Shown: piece by piece, positions 1 through 13,915 of the stretch
Layout: every line of letters begins with the position of its first letter
How positions within the stretch are numbered: the stretch's first letter is position 1
Assembly: GCA_951406725.2 (NCBI GenBank)
Contig: OX597828.1
Span: 20,832,001-20,896,000, forward strand
DNA: 64,000 bases
From: Octopus vulgaris
Taxonomy: Eukaryota
Direction of reading: 5' to 3'
Made by a program: the position numbers and the translations under genes
The notes under the pieces: model-generated
The model's database searches: none
Told to the model about the DNA's origin: nothing
Seen by the model: only the letters and a program-made list of their open reading frames with translations

Positions 1-254
1 CACACCAGCATCGGTTGTCAAGCAAAGTTGGGGGGACAAACAAAGACACAAACATATACATACACATACGTATATATATATATATACATATATACGACGG
101 GCTTCTTTCAGTTTTCATCTACCAAATCCACTCACAAGGCTTTGGTTGGCCCGAGGCTACAGTAGAAGACACTTGCTCAAGGTGCCACGCAGTGGGAATG
201 AACCTGAAACCATGTAAGTTCGTAAGCAAGCTACTTACCACACGGCCACTCTTA

Positions 255-448
255 TGCCCATATATATATATATATATATACATACATATATAATTATATA
301 TATTCATATATATGCATGCATACATGTATATATACATACATATACATATATATATTCATATATATGCATGCATACATATATATATATATACATACATATA
401 TATATACATACATATATATATATACATGCATACATACATATATACATG

Positions 449-489
<41 letters not shown>

Positions 490-492
490 GCA

Positions 493-524
<32 letters not shown>

Positions 525-563
525 CATGCATACATACATACATATATATATATATATACATGC

Positions 564-595
<32 letters not shown>

Positions 596-596
596 G

Positions 597-678
<82 letters not shown>

Positions 679-721
679 CACACATATATATATATATACA
701 TATATATACATATATATACAT

Positions 722-767
<46 letters not shown>

Positions 768-837
768 ACATATATATATACATATATATATATACTTACA
801 TACATATATACATACATACACACATATATACATACAT

Positions 838-871
<34 letters not shown>

Positions 872-950
872 ACATACATATATATATATACATACATGCA
901 TATATACACACACACAAACACAGATGTGTATGTGTGTGTGTGTGTGTATG
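255..950. repeat. Compound (TA)/(TACA)/(TGCA) microsatellite
   Basis: Direct reading. Similar tracts occur at 3490-3815, 24760-25030, 44230-44490 and 59410-59630. Confidence 0.97.
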
Positions 951-1355
951 TAAATGATGGGAAGAAGAAGGCCTCAGGAAGGACAAATAGCTACTTACAC
1001 ACACACACTCACACACACACACACACACATATAGTTGCCAACTCAATGCAGACACCCTTTGCTTTTTCTCCATGGTTACTAAGGAGTAAGTCAATGAATA
1101 GCGACAATATACAACACTGCCGCCACCACCACCACTAGGTACTAACAGAACTACTATTATGCCATGCGCATTTCTACTACAACTACCATCACATCACCAC
1201 CATCACTATCTCTTCTACTAATACCACACCCCTCCATCACCACCACCATCACCAGTACTGCTAAGGAGCCTTTACGTGGTAACTCAACTTGTTAGAAATC
1301 ACAGCCAAATCCCCCTTAAATTACACCCAACCATCTTTAAAAATTAAAATAGTTG

Positions 1356-2181
1356 TAGGCGTGGCTGTGTGGTAAGATGTTTGCTTCCCAACCATGATTC
1401 CAGGTTCAGTCCTACAGTGTGGCACCTTGAGCGGGTGTCTTCTACTATAGCCCTGGGCCAACCAAAGACTTGTGAGTGGATTTGGAAGATGGAAACTGAA
1501 AAAAGCCTGTCAGACATCTGTGTGTTTGTGTGTGTGTGCGTCTTTGCTTCTGTGTCTTTCCCCCATCACTGCTTAACGACCGATGTAGGTTTGTTTACAT
1601 ACCCCCATAACTTAGCAGTTTTTGAAATGAAATCGACAGAATAAGTACCAGGCTTTGAAAAAATACAATAAATAAATAAATAAGGTGCAGGAGTGGCTGT
1701 GTGGTAAGTAGCTTGCTAACCAACCACATGATTCCGGGTTCAGTCCCACTGCGTGGCATCTTGGGCAAGTGTCTTCTGCTATAGTCCCGGGCCGACCAAT
1801 GCCTTGTGAGTGGATTTGGTAGACGGAAACTGAAAGAAGCCTGTCGTATATATGTAGATATATATATGTGTTTGTGTGTCTGTATTTGTCTCCCTAGCAT
1901 TGCTTGACAACCGATGCTGGTGTGTTTACGTCCCCGTTACTTAGCGGTTCGGCAAAAGAGACCGATAGAATAAGTACTGGGCTTACAAAGAATAGGTCCC
2001 GGGTTCGATTTGCTCGACTAAAGGCGGTGCTCCAGCATGGCCGCAGTCAAATGACTGAAACAAGTAGAAGACTAAAAGAGTAAAAGAGTAAGTGCTGGGG
2101 TCAATTCATTCAACTAAAATCTCTTCAAGGTGGTCCTCCAGCATGATCGCAGTCTAACGACTGAAGCAAGTGAAAGATAAA
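1356..2181 (+). mobile_element. SINE family A: young copy (1684-2090) nested in an older copy
   Basis: tRNA-like head TGGCTGTGTGGTAAG..GGTTCAGTCCC, CORE-like CACCTTGGGCAAGTGTCTT, internal TA/TG microsatellite, tail ..GACTGAAACAAGTAAAAGAG. The older copy resumes at about 2090. Confidence 0.9.
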
Positions 2182-2499
2182 GGAAGGAAGATTGGGTGAT
2201 GTGGCTTTAGATTTCGGATGAGTGATGATTGAGGAAACACCTTTGATCAGTGATGTAGAGAGAGAGAGTTCGAAGGGCTCAGGGTGGTGAGGTGGAGGGA
2301 AAAGGAACCGATTCGACCTGACCTTCGTTAACAATCCATAATGAGCAAACCGAAATTCCGCACCCTCTTCACACCTGTACCAAGGTGGGGAGGGACGGAA
2401 CTCTTGTCTCCTTCTTCTTTGGTATGCTTCTGCCTTTGATCTACGGCTGCTGAATTCAGGCTTGACATGGAGCAGTGGGGGTAGGGGTAGGGGTAATGA

Positions 2500-2982
2500 A
2501 CAATAACAACAACAAACAACATTAACAGTGCTACTACCACTACCACTACCAACAATACAAATACCATCAAAAACCCTAACAATACCTCTGTTGCTAGCAC
2601 AACCACCAACACTGCCTCCGCCACGACCACCACTACCAACAACCACCAAACAACCACAACCAACAACACCACCACTAACACCACAACCACCACCACCACC
2701 ACAATCACCACCATCACAACTATCAAGATCATTAACACCGCTGCTGCCACCACCAACTACAACAACAACCACCACCATCACAGCCATCACCACTGCCACC
2801 AACACCACAACAACAACCATAACTATCACCAAACCATCAATATCACCACCACCACCACTATCACCAGCACCACCACCACCACCAGCAACAAGAACACTGA
2901 GACAACCACCACCACCACCGACATCAACACTACCACCACCGCCACCACCACCACCACAACTACAAACCCCACCACCACCATC
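2500..2982. repeat. (CAC/CAA)n low-complexity tract
   Basis: Direct reading. (TAG/TGG)n tracts occur at 3925-4010, 5575-5872 and 38733-38910; (CAT/AAC) 15-mers occur at 33870-33980. Confidence 0.95.
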
Positions 2983-3504
2983 TAGAAATGTCCAATTGAT
3001 ATAGCAATATCTAAAAGAGAGAAAGAGTTACAAATAAAACAAGCAACAGATTTATAAATATCAATTAGGCAGAGGTGGGCAGGGGTGGAGAGAGAGAGAG
3101 AGAACAAACGAACATACTAATTACATGGTAGACTTTTAAGTAGCTGGCAAACACAAGTGTAGCAGTGGGGAGGGGGGATGCTCTAGTAGGGGAGGGGTAT
3201 GAGGGAAGAGGGTTAATTACTAACAGGTGAGGTGAGGTGTTAGTGGTAGGTTACATACATGCATGTGTATATGTATGTATATGTGTATACATGTATGTAG
3301 GTGTGTGCGTGTGTGTTTGTGGTTGCATAAGTCTGTGTGTGTGTGTGTGTGCAAGGATGGAAAAGTGGTAAGAGAAAAAGGAAGAGAAAGAGAGAGAGGG
3401 TGTGTGTGTGAGAGGGGGAAAAAGACAGACAGACATACAGATATGCAGTGAGTAGGTACACTCAAACATGCCAATGTGCATGTCTGCGATGATATATATG
3501 TATA

Positions 3505-3555
<51 letters not shown>

Positions 3556-3570
3556 ATGCGTGTATGTATG

Positions 3571-3604
<34 letters not shown>

Positions 3605-3923
3605 TGCATGCATGCAGGTATGGATACATATACATATGTAAATAGATACGTATCCATATATATATAGATATATATACACACACATACATAATGTATATAT
3701 ACATATATAAATATGTGCACAAATATGAACATACACACATGTACATTAGGTATGCATATATATGCATATGTATACATATGTGCGTATGCATGCATACACA
3801 CACACACACACACACAGGTGTGTATGTGTCACATACAGACTCAATATCAAATTCCTCAGGTGTTATTAATATTGTTATTACTATAACTATAATTATTTAT
3901 TGTTGTTATCATTGGCTGCGATG

Positions 3924-4010
<87 letters not shown>

Positions 4011-4293
4011 ACAATAGCAAAAGGAAGATCAAGTTAAGTGTCTAGATTTGGTAAATTGGAACAGACTAACACCCCACCTCTGAAATCTTTCTCAAATTCT
4101 AAAATACGTATTTACTTCTCCAACTCAAAGAGGTAACAGCTTCTTTGTTACCTGAAGTATTTTTTATTCTTTTTTTTATCTTTTCTTTACACATCCAGAA
4201 GTAGGTGGGAGGCCTTACATACATACACACACACATACACACACACATATATATATATATTTATTAGAATGTTTGGAGGTGATGTACAGTCAT

Positions 4294-4792
4294 TATATCT
4301 TAGAAGAAATGAGGTACGCAGAAATCTGGATGGTTTTATATTTACAGATTTTTATTAATACGTTACGTGTTTTTATAAATCCTATATTAGCGCTTGCATC
4401 CACTCTAGTGGATTCTTCGGATTGGCAATATGAAAAATCCACTAGAGTGGATGCAAGCACTAATATATATGTATTTCTTTACTACCCACAAGGGGCTAAA
4501 CACAGAGGAGACAAACAAGGACAGACAAAGGGATTAAGTCGATTACATCGACCCCAGTGCGTAACTGGTACTTAATTTATCGACCCCGGAAGGATGAAAG
4601 GCAAAGTCGACCTTGGCGGAATTTGAACTGGGAACGTAACGGCAGACGAAATACGGCAACGCATTTCGCCCGGCCTGCTAATGTTTCTGCCAGCTCGCCG
4701 CCTTCACTAATATATATGATTTGACATATTAATAAAAATCTGTAAATATAAAACCATCCAGATTTCTGAGTACCTTATTTCTTCTAAGATAT

Positions 4793-4793
<1 letters not shown>
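4294..4793. mobile_element. Fold-back element with nested inverted repeats, interrupted by a SINE
   Basis: Outer arms of about 68 bp (4294-4362 vs 4725-4793). Inner arms of about 33 bp (TATTAGCGCTTGCATCCACTCTAGTGGATT / AATCCACTAGAGTGGATGCAAGCACTAATA). Confidence 0.8.
4472..4704 (-). mobile_element. SINE family B, full length with 14-bp TSD
   Basis: Head AAGGCGGCGAGCTGGCAGAA, central GTCGACTTTGCCTTTCATCCTT..GGGGTCGATAAATTAAGTACCAG (resembles the Meta/MESC domain, by recollection). TSD CACTAATATATATG at 4458-4471 and 4705-4718. Confidence 0.9.
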
Positions 4794-4825
<32 letters not shown>

Positions 4826-4829
<4 letters not shown>

Positions 4830-5018
4830 TAAAAACGGTAAGATAACAAAAGAAAGAAAGTGACCTCAATATTATGTAAATAGAGGAAATTTATATGTAA
4901 AATAATGTGTGACAATTATTCAATAGGCAAGATAGAACTCTGAGTTTCGGATGCCGAGGTGGAAATCCACAACACCATCTCTTCGGTTATCTGGCCATCT
5001 GAAAAACGTTTTTCGAAT
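4826..5018 (-). mobile_element. HH family 4 fragment with hammerhead-like motif (4926-4996)
   Basis: GGCCAGAUAA CCGAAGA GAUG..GUGG/CCAC..CAUC C GAAA CUC-A-GAG UU CUAUCUUGCC; helix I has 8 of 10 pairs. Abuts (TA)n. Confidence 0.55.
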
Positions 5019-5639
5019 TACAGGTACCATTCATTTTTAGCCAGTTGAGTGAATGGAACATGTGAAGTAAAGTGTCTTGCTCAAGGACAATGTATCGCTG
5101 GGGATTGAACTCATGACCTTATGATCATGATCCGAATACCCTAACCATTAGGCCACATGCCTTTACACAAACCATAAACACACACACATAAGCATACACA
5201 CATACATGCATATACAGACACACACATGCAAGCACACACATATAGATAGGTGCAACAGGCTTCCACATAGTTTCCTCTACCAAATCCACTCACAAGGCCT
5301 TGGTCAGTTCAGCACAATTGCAAAAGACACTTGGGCCCAAGAATGGAGGGGGTGACAGTCATGCGGTAGAACTGAACCTGGGACCACATGGTTACAAAGC
5401 AAACGTTTTGATCACACGTAGCCATGACCTGGGATTGAACCCTGGGACCAAAATGGTCACTGAACAAACTTCTTAACCACATAGCCATACTGGCACCTAT
5501 TCCTGCAACAACAACAGCAGCAGCATCAGCAGTAACACTTCCACAGAGACCCTGTGAAGAACAAACACTTGCTCAGTAGTAGTAGTAGTGGTGGTGGTGG
5601 TGATGGCGGTGGTAATAATAGTAGTAGTAGTGATGGTGT

Positions 5640-5683
<44 letters not shown>

Positions 5684-5706
5684 ATGATGTGTTGGTGGTG
5701 GTGGTT

Positions 5707-5742
<36 letters not shown>

Positions 5743-5837
5743 ATGGTGGTGGTGGTGATGGCGGTGAGTTGGCAGTGGTGGTGGTGGTGGTAGTAGTAGT
5801 AGTAGTAGTGGTGGTGGTCGTGGTCGTGGTGTTGGCG

Positions 5838-5873
<36 letters not shown>

Positions 5874-5933
5874 CAAAGAGTTGTATATAATAAATTTCAT
5901 TCAATCACAAACCACACATGCACACACACACAC

Positions 5934-5973
<40 letters not shown>

Positions 5974-6090
5974 GTCAAGATTGTGAATGCTTGACTGACC
6001 TTTAGAGTCAACAGAACCAACAATCAAACAAATAACATAAGTAAATAAACAATATACACATAAGTACAAAATACAACAACTGTTTTTGTT

Positions 6091-6136
<46 letters not shown>

Positions 6137-6561
6137 AAGTGTGTGTGAGTGTTTTCTCATTTAAACGGTAACCTTTAGCGACATTGATGTGTGTGTTGTT
6201 AAGTTAGGTCAATAACAACTTGCATGAGCTAATGAAGAGGAAAGCCACAGCTCATTCAGTTGAACCACCCACTGCTAGAAATACTAACTAAATTCTGCAG
6301 CTCCACCACAATTGAATTGAAAATACTGAAGGACAAGGAGAAAAAAAAAAGAAAAAGAAAAAAACTCTGAACAAAGGGCTGGTGATGGTTGGATGGCCTT
6401 TGTGTCTCTGAAGCGTAAGTCTGCTCATTCAGAGTTGACCTGGGGCTAAACAATTAGAGCAACCAACCAGAGTTAAGCAGTAACTCCTCAAAAAAAAGTT
6501 AACAGGAATTAGGAAGCCCTTTTTGGATTTCAGATTTTGTATCTAGTGGTAGTGGAGTTAA

Positions 6562-6908
6562 ATAGGTATGGGGGCTCCAAAAGGAGTCTCAGGGAGTAGC
6601 GTCCCTGCCTTCCTGAGCTAGTTTTCCACCACATTTCTTAAAAATCGTGGTAGAGGCCTTGCTCTCAGGACTGCTCATGTCTAGAAGCTGAGGTTGGGGG
6701 GGGGGGGGGTAAGCAAGGGCATGCTCCCCATAGAAAATCCAGCTCCAAAAAAGCCTCATGATAGCAAAAAAGAATGGGCACCAGCCAGCCCAAAGGTTGG
6801 GGGTGGGTTGCACCTGCCTACCTCTGTTGCTATGGCATTGAGGTAGATCTGGCCACCCCTGTTAACAGGGACAAAACCCAGATTTAAAACACTGGATGAT
6901 GATGATGA
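6562..6908 (+). mobile_element. Retroposon insertion with (GAT)n tail and 15-bp TSD, single copy in this window
   Basis: TGGTAGTGGAGTTAA at 6547-6561 and 6909-6923. Confidence 0.8.
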
Positions 6909-7174
6909 TGGTAGTGGAGTTAAGCGGCTTCATGGTGAGCATGTTGGACTCTTTTTTTATCTTTAGTCTTTTACTTGCTTCAATCATTTGACTGTGGTCA
7001 TGCTGGAGCACCATCTTGAAGAATCTTTAGTCAAACACTCAGCCCCAATACCTGGCCATGCAACAGCAATAACAACAATAATACTTCCACAGAAACCTTG
7101 GGATCTTGATGAGGTGAGGTGAGGATGCAGATGGAGATGAAGGGGGCTGATATTCCAGAAGCTAGTCACAAGTG

Positions 7175-7344
7175 AATATTGGAAATTTTTCCTCATCTTG
7201 TTTGTTGTTAACACAACGTTTTGGCTGATATACCCTCCAGCCTTCGTCAACTGTCTTGGAGAAATTTTGAACATGGGATCTCATTCCTAAGGTATTTTCC
7301 GAACTCAGAATCTTGGGGTTAGCAGCCTGCGCTCTTAACTATGG
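7175..7344 (-). mobile_element. HH family 1 decayed copy
   Basis: Same body with a mutated core (UUGACGA...AAAAC GUU GUGUU at 7210-7255) and a partial tRNA-like head. Confidence 0.75.
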
Positions 7345-7814
7345 AGTGAATTTTAGGGCTTATAAATTTAATATTTTCCTATCCTTCCTTAATACCAGTT
7401 CCCATATGCTATTCATATCTGCACTCGGTCTGCTTAGGAGGTTGTTGTGTCCTAGCATATGTGCCTAATAGTAGTAGTAGTGAGACTCTTCATGCTTTCA
7501 AAGCCAAGTAGAATAAGTGGTCCCTTGAAAGAAAAATAACAAGGCTTAGCACCTACAAGGGCATCTGACCATAAAACAAAGCACTGAGTAAGATAGTCAT
7601 CTAACCCATGCAAGAACAGAAAACTAGACATAAAAGCAATTAAATGAACAAATTTTTATGTCCATATCTTTTTCAGTAGCCACCCTTTTAATCAAGGTAA
7701 CCACACTGTCCTGTAGTGTTACCTTGATTAAAGGTAACACTACAGGATATGAGAGATGAAAAACTGAACAAAAAAAATAGCTGTGAAACCAAAGGAAAAA
7801 TCCGACAGTTAACA

Positions 7815-8120
7815 TGTAGAATATGCTGTCATGAAACATCAGCCACAATGGTCAAGGCATGAGGTTAGGATGAAAGAAGAAAGATTCCTTCGTGAAATCC
7901 TCTGAAGGGAATTCACCACCAGGGAAAGACTATGAAGCTATCATTTCTGCATAAGACAATCACCAGCTAAAGTCAACTATCAAAAAGGCTGGAACTAAGA
8001 GAGGAATTTGAGAAACTGAAACTCGGGGCTGTTCCAACTGGTGTCATTCAATCTCTGTTGGGATTGACTGCTTTTAGTAGTCACAAAAACGATTAAAGAA
8101 GGTGGTGGAAAAACGTAAAG
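7815..8120 (+). pseudogene. RTE-clade LINE ORF C-terminal relic
   Basis: MKHQPQWSRHEVRMKEERFLREIL*REFTTRER resembles the RTE motif QLRWxGHVxRMxDxRLPKxILYGEL. It contains stops and frameshifts. Confidence 0.65.
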
Positions 8121-8215
8121 AATATGAGATGTAACAACCACCACACCCTGTTCCAGCATAATTCACACAAGAATGGCTTTCTCAGCCAATCCGGAGGATA
8201 TTAAAATTCTTGGAT

Positions 8216-8373
8216 AAGGAGTGGCTGCGTGGTAAGTAGCTAGGTTACCAATCACATTGTTCCGGGTTCAGTCTCACTGCATAGCACCTTGAGCAAGTGT
8301 CTTCTACTATAGCCTCGGGCCAACCAAAGCCTTGTATGAGGATTTAGTAGAGGAAAACTGAAAGAAGCCCATC

Positions 8374-8435
<62 letters not shown>

Positions 8436-8640
8436 GTGTTTGTCTCCCCACCATCGCTTAGCAACCGATGCTGATGTGTTTATGTCCCCGTAACTTAGTG
8501 GTTTGGTAAAAGAGACCGATGACAGAATAAGTACTAGGCTTACAAAGAATAAGTCCTAGGGTCAATTTGCTCAACTAAAGGTGGTGCTCCAGCATGGCCA
8601 CAGTGAAATGACTGAAACAAGTAAAATAAAAGAAAAAAGA
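8216..8640 (+). mobile_element. SINE family A
   Basis: Near full-length match to the 1684-2090 copy. Confidence 0.9.
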
Positions 8641-9324
8641 AAGTCAGCTAGCACCCAAATTTCATCAAAGCCACAATGAAACATGTCAGTCACTCCCTCA
8701 ACCTTTCATTTACCAAAAGATTCTGTGGTTAGCTCATGATATATTTTCATAGCAAGACTAAATATATGGTTTAATAACCATTATACTACCATATTCTTGG
8801 TGAAAAACACTTCCTCTATTTCAATTAATTTTGGAAATAATAAAGAATTTAATGAAATAACTTTGTCATTATCAAACTGGAACATATATTGGAACATATA
8901 TTAAAATGGAATTTTGATTGAAGGTTTTAATTAAGATCATCTTAAATTAGTAAGTTTGTATCAGAGAACCAGAATGTGATCTCAAACACATTGAGATCAA
9001 AATAGTTAAGAAGGCAGAACATATTAATCAGTCCTCAAATTTTAGCTGCCAAAGAATCTTACACTGTAAGAAAAAAAAAGCTGGGTTGGCAATGAGATGG
9101 TCATGGATGGAAAGACTGGCCATAGGTCTGCTTTATCAGGGACAACTTAGGCAATACATTAATAACAACAAGCCCAGGCTAAATATCTGTCCCTTAAAAG
9201 CAATAATGGCTTTCGGGAAACATTATACACAGAATATTTTCACAGCAAGGTTTATGCCTTTATGCAAAATGGTGCTAGGTTTTGCAAATAAAAAGTCAAC
9301 TTTGCTTTTATTTTTGTGGTATTT

Positions 9325-9555
9325 TCTTTTATTCTTTTATTATTTTACTTGTTTCAGTCATTTTGATTGTGGCCATGCTGGAGCACTGCCTTTAGTCGAG
9401 CAAATCAACCCCAGGACTTATTTTTTGTAAGCCTAGTACTTATTCTATCGGTCTCTATTGCCAAACCGCTAAGTTATGGGGACATAAATACACCAGCATT
9501 TGTTGTCAAGCGATGCTGGGGGGGGGGGGAACAAAGACACACACACACATCATTT

Positions 9556-9586
<31 letters not shown>

Positions 9587-9747
9587 GAAGGGCTTCTTTC
9601 AGTTTCCGTCTACCAAATCCACTCACAAGGCTTTGGTTGGCCCGAGGCTATAGCAGAAGACATTTGCCCAAGGTACCACACAGTCGGACTGAACCCGGAA
9701 CCATGTGGTTGGTAAGCAAGCGACTTACCACACAGCCACTCCTGTGC
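9325..9747 (-). mobile_element. SINE family A
   Basis: Full-length reverse copy. Confidence 0.9.
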
Positions 9748-10117
9748 CATATTTATTTACTTTTTGTTTCTATTTTTCCACATTCAATTTGATAAAAAAA
9801 AAATTTAAGTGAAAATTCTCAAAAATAAATAGAAACAGACAACCAGAGGAATAAATTCTAATTCTTAACCTTTACTGATATTGATTTTGTATTATAGGGT
9901 GAGGAGTGTGTAGAAAAGATAACAGGTTTTCTACTAAAAATATCTTACAAGTGGTTTAAATAAATAAATCCACCCATCCACCCTACATTCTTATTCATAT
10001 TCTTTAATTCTTTAGTCTGTTTCTAGGTATCACGTATAAGGCCATGCTACAGCATCACCATAATCCAGATTTGATAAAATTATTATCATCATAATTATTA
10101 TTATTATTATTATTATT

Positions 10118-10591
10118 CGGGCAAAATGCTTAATGGTATTTTGTCTGTCTTTACGTTCTGAGTTCAAATTCTGCTGAGGTTAACTTTGCCTTTCATCCTT
10201 TCGGGGTCGATAAATTAAGTAACAGTTGTATACTGGGTCAATCTAATCAAATGGCCCTGTCCCCAAAAATTTCATGCATACTGGGGTTGATCTAATTGAC
10301 TGACCCTCTCCCCAAAAATTTTGGGCCTTGTGCCTAGAGCAGAAAAGAATATTTCAAGACTTTTAAGGCAGCGGGCTGGCAGAAACATTAGCACACCAGG
10401 TGAAATGCTTAGCGGTATTTTGTCTGCCGTTATGTTCTGAGTTCAAATTCCACCGAGGTCAACTTTGCCTTTCATCCTTTCAGGGTTGATAAATTAAGTA
10501 CCAGTTTCATACTGGGGTCAATCTAATCGACTGGCTCCCTCCCCCAAAATTTTGGGCGTTGTGCCTAGAGTAGAAAAGATTATTATTATTA

Positions 10592-10631
<40 letters not shown>

Positions 10632-10855
10632 AGGTGATTAGGGCAGGGAGCTGGCAGAATCATTTGCATACCAGACAAAGTGCTTAGTGGCATTCTGTTT
10701 GTCTTTATGTTCTGAGTTCAAATTCCACTGAGGTCAATTTTGCCTTTCATACTCTCAGGGTTGATGAAATAAGTAGTAGTCAAGTACTGGGGTCAGTGTA
10801 GTTGACTTCACCCCACCCCCAAATTTCAGGCCTAGTGCTAATTGCAGAAAGAATA
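10118..10855 (+). mobile_element. Cluster of three SINE family B copies
   Basis: Repeated family-B body separated by short AT-rich or (TTA)n spacers. Confidence 0.85.
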
Positions 10856-10950
10856 ATTATAATTATATCTTCAGTTTTGACTCTGCACACAGGCAGCCAT
10901 AGGGTGATGATCGCTTCTCTGTGTTTTGCTGAACCCAAATTTGTCTAAAC

Positions 10951-11225
10951 TAAGGGTTCTCTACAAGGATTTTTATGGTCCTTAGGGGTCCATATAACAT
11001 TTTTTTGTTAAGATTTATACTGTTCACTCTTTTACTTGTTTCAGTCATTTGACTGCGGCCATGCTGGAGCACCGCCTTTAGTTGAGCAAATCGACCCCAG
11101 GACTTATTCTTTGTAAACCTAGTACTTATTCTATCGTTTTTTTTTTTTTTTGCCGAACCGCTAAGTTAAGGGGACGTAAACACGCCAGCATCAGTTGTTA
11201 AGCAATGTTGGGGGGACAAACACAG

Positions 11226-11276
<51 letters not shown>

Positions 11277-11622
11277 CATACGATGGGCTTCTTTCAGTTT
11301 CCGTCCACCAAATCCACTCGCAAGGCTTTGGTCGGCCTGAGGCTGTATTAGAAGACACTTGCCCAAGGTGCCACGCAGTGGGACTGAACCCGGCACCATG
11401 TGGTTGGTAAGCAAGCTACTTACCACATGCTACATATGTGTGATGAATTGGTTAAACTTTTACAAAACACAAAATATTAAAATTTTTTTTTTATACAATT
11501 TCTAATAATATTCAGTTATAAAAACATAATAGAATTTTTAAACAGCAAATGGCTATGAGGCTCCATCCAAGCAAAATTGGAATCAAAGAAGTCCACAGGT
11601 AAGAAATGGTTGAGAAAAACCA
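10951..11622. mobile_element. Old hAT-type MITE
   Basis: Decayed ends TAAGGGTTCTCTAC / GGTTGAGAAAAACCA with an imperfect 8-bp flank GTCTAAAC/GCCTAAAT. Confidence 0.5.
11026..11428 (-). mobile_element. SINE family A inserted in a hAT-type MITE
   Basis: Reverse copy splitting the element at 10951-11622. Confidence 0.85.
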
Positions 11623-12329
11623 GCCTAAATGATGTGAGATTCCAGCATGGATCGCACCATAGAATAGTGGATTCACAGAATTGATGATTCGATAACCAGG
11701 GAATCTCTTGTGGTGTTTATGCATACCCAACTCTTTTTTATACATTCTTTGTTCAAATATTGCTACAGAGAGCATAGGGCTGGTTTCTCTGACAAATATA
11801 TATATATTCTTCCTGGATGTGACGCCAGCCCATCTCAGGCTTACTCACAATGGCCAGCTGAAATGAAGTGTTTTGCTCAAGAACACAATCCATTGCCCAG
11901 TCCAGGAATCAAAACTACCATCTTACCATCCTGACACCAACACTCTGACACTCATATGCCTCCAACAATCTTGCCATGGGTGGCTTTTATTAGCCCTGTC
12001 ACATCACCTGGCACTTACATGGTTTTTGCATATGCAGGTCCCACGTTATTTTTTTGGGGTGGGGGGTGGGGGGCAATGATATCTGTTAACCTCATTTCTC
12101 TTCTCCAGGAATTCCCTCAAATCTGCACTCACCTCTTCATAGGAAATGAAAAACAGATGCCATTGTTATGTCTCTTTTTGTTATATTTTGACTGGTTTTT
12201 AAAAATTTATCTTTTCATTTTTTACGACATACCATAAAGACATAAAAAATCAAGGTTAGGAATACATAGATACACACACACATACATACATCCAGACACC
12301 AGACACAGAGATACACACACAGACACACA

Positions 12330-12376
<47 letters not shown>

Positions 12377-12538
12377 TACATACATATATATATCAAGGCA
12401 GTGCTCCAGCATGGCTGCAGTCAAAAGACTGAAATGCGTAAAAGAGTATATACACATGTGTAGAAATACAGATGCGTATGTACATATATACACACACACA
12501 CACATATATATATATATACAGCTCTCTCTCTCTCTCTC

Positions 12539-12577
<39 letters not shown>

Positions 12578-12631
12578 GCACATATGTATCTGTATTTCTA
12601 CACATGTGTATATACTCTTTTATGCATTAAA

Positions 12632-12675
<44 letters not shown>

Positions 12676-13874
12676 TTATTGCTACCTACACAGATATATA
12701 CACATATATAGAGAGAGAACTGAATATTGCTCCAACAACAAAAGTCTGTCTACTAATTCAGTGTGGCAGGAGGAGAAGGAAGAGGACAGACGGTAAATGT
12801 AAAAATACAACAAAAAAGCATAAAAAATATTTATTTAAAAAACCATAAGAATTTGGCTACTTTGAGAATATTTTTGAGTTGATTCTTTGACAGTTGTTTT
12901 GACATTATTTCCAAATCTAACAGACAAAGTGATGTCTCAGAAAAAAAAACAATCAGCATGTGTACCTGTATCTGTGTATGTAAAATCATATGTATATACT
13001 CTCAATTATGCTATTGTTTGATAAGTACAACTAACTTTGCCATACTTACTAAAACCAGACTCAATCCTCATTACATGCCCTATGCAACCCACTTCAATTT
13101 CACTAACCAATTGAAAATCGTAGACGTGATACTTGTGCCGGTGGCACGTAAAAAGCACCATTCGAACGTGGCTGATGCCAGTGCCACCTTGACTGGCGTC
13201 CATGCCAGTAGCACGTAAAAAGCACCAACCAATCGTGGCCATTACCAGCCTCGCCTGGCACCTGTGCCGGTGGGACATAAAAAACACCCACTACACTCAC
13301 GGAGTGGTTGACGTTAGGAAGGGCATCCAGCTGTAGAAACCCTGCCAGATCAGACTGGAGCCTGGTGCAGCCTCCTGGCTTCCCAGACACCGGTCAAACC
13401 GTCCAACCCATGCTAGCATGGAAAATGGACATTAAACGATGATGAGGAGGAGGAGGAATTGCAATTTCAGAGTTGTCACTCGTGTTTTTTATAAGACTGT
13501 GTAGCAGAAGTGATTTACACTGTCATTATGTGTGAGATGTTGTCGTTATATGGGTTGTTTAGGCTTAAATACCCAGATATCTGCTCCACAAGCCTTTTCA
13601 TTCCAGCAGGTAACATGACCTTGTGATAAGCTGAAATTCTTGTTTGTATTGGTCAGTTTCCAGCCATCCAATCATGTTGGAGCAACATTTCTTTTTACCT
13701 TATGCAGGAAATTAATCGCCATCTCAGGGGAGCCTACTGATCTCTATAACAATGACAGTTCTCGACTGCTCTAGGTCTCTGGCACATACCACTGACCACA
13801 TGCAACTCATCTCTGGCAATGATGTATATGACACCAGCCAGTCTCCGCTTTCATCTTCTCCACCAGACTGCCTA

Positions 13875-13912
<38 letters not shown>

Positions 13913-13915
<3 letters not shown>

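Noticed and set aside
254-1138. Long ORFs of YI/HT/CV dipeptides here and throughout the window
   Set aside because: They are translations of TA/CA microsatellites, open in most frames.
1684-2090. Assigning published octopus SINE names (OK, OR1, OR2) to families A-D
   Set aside because: Names cannot be matched to sequences reliably without a library search.
2125-3004. Pro/Thr-rich and Gly/Val-rich ORFs
   Set aside because: Low-complexity (CAC)n tract; no splice or homology support.
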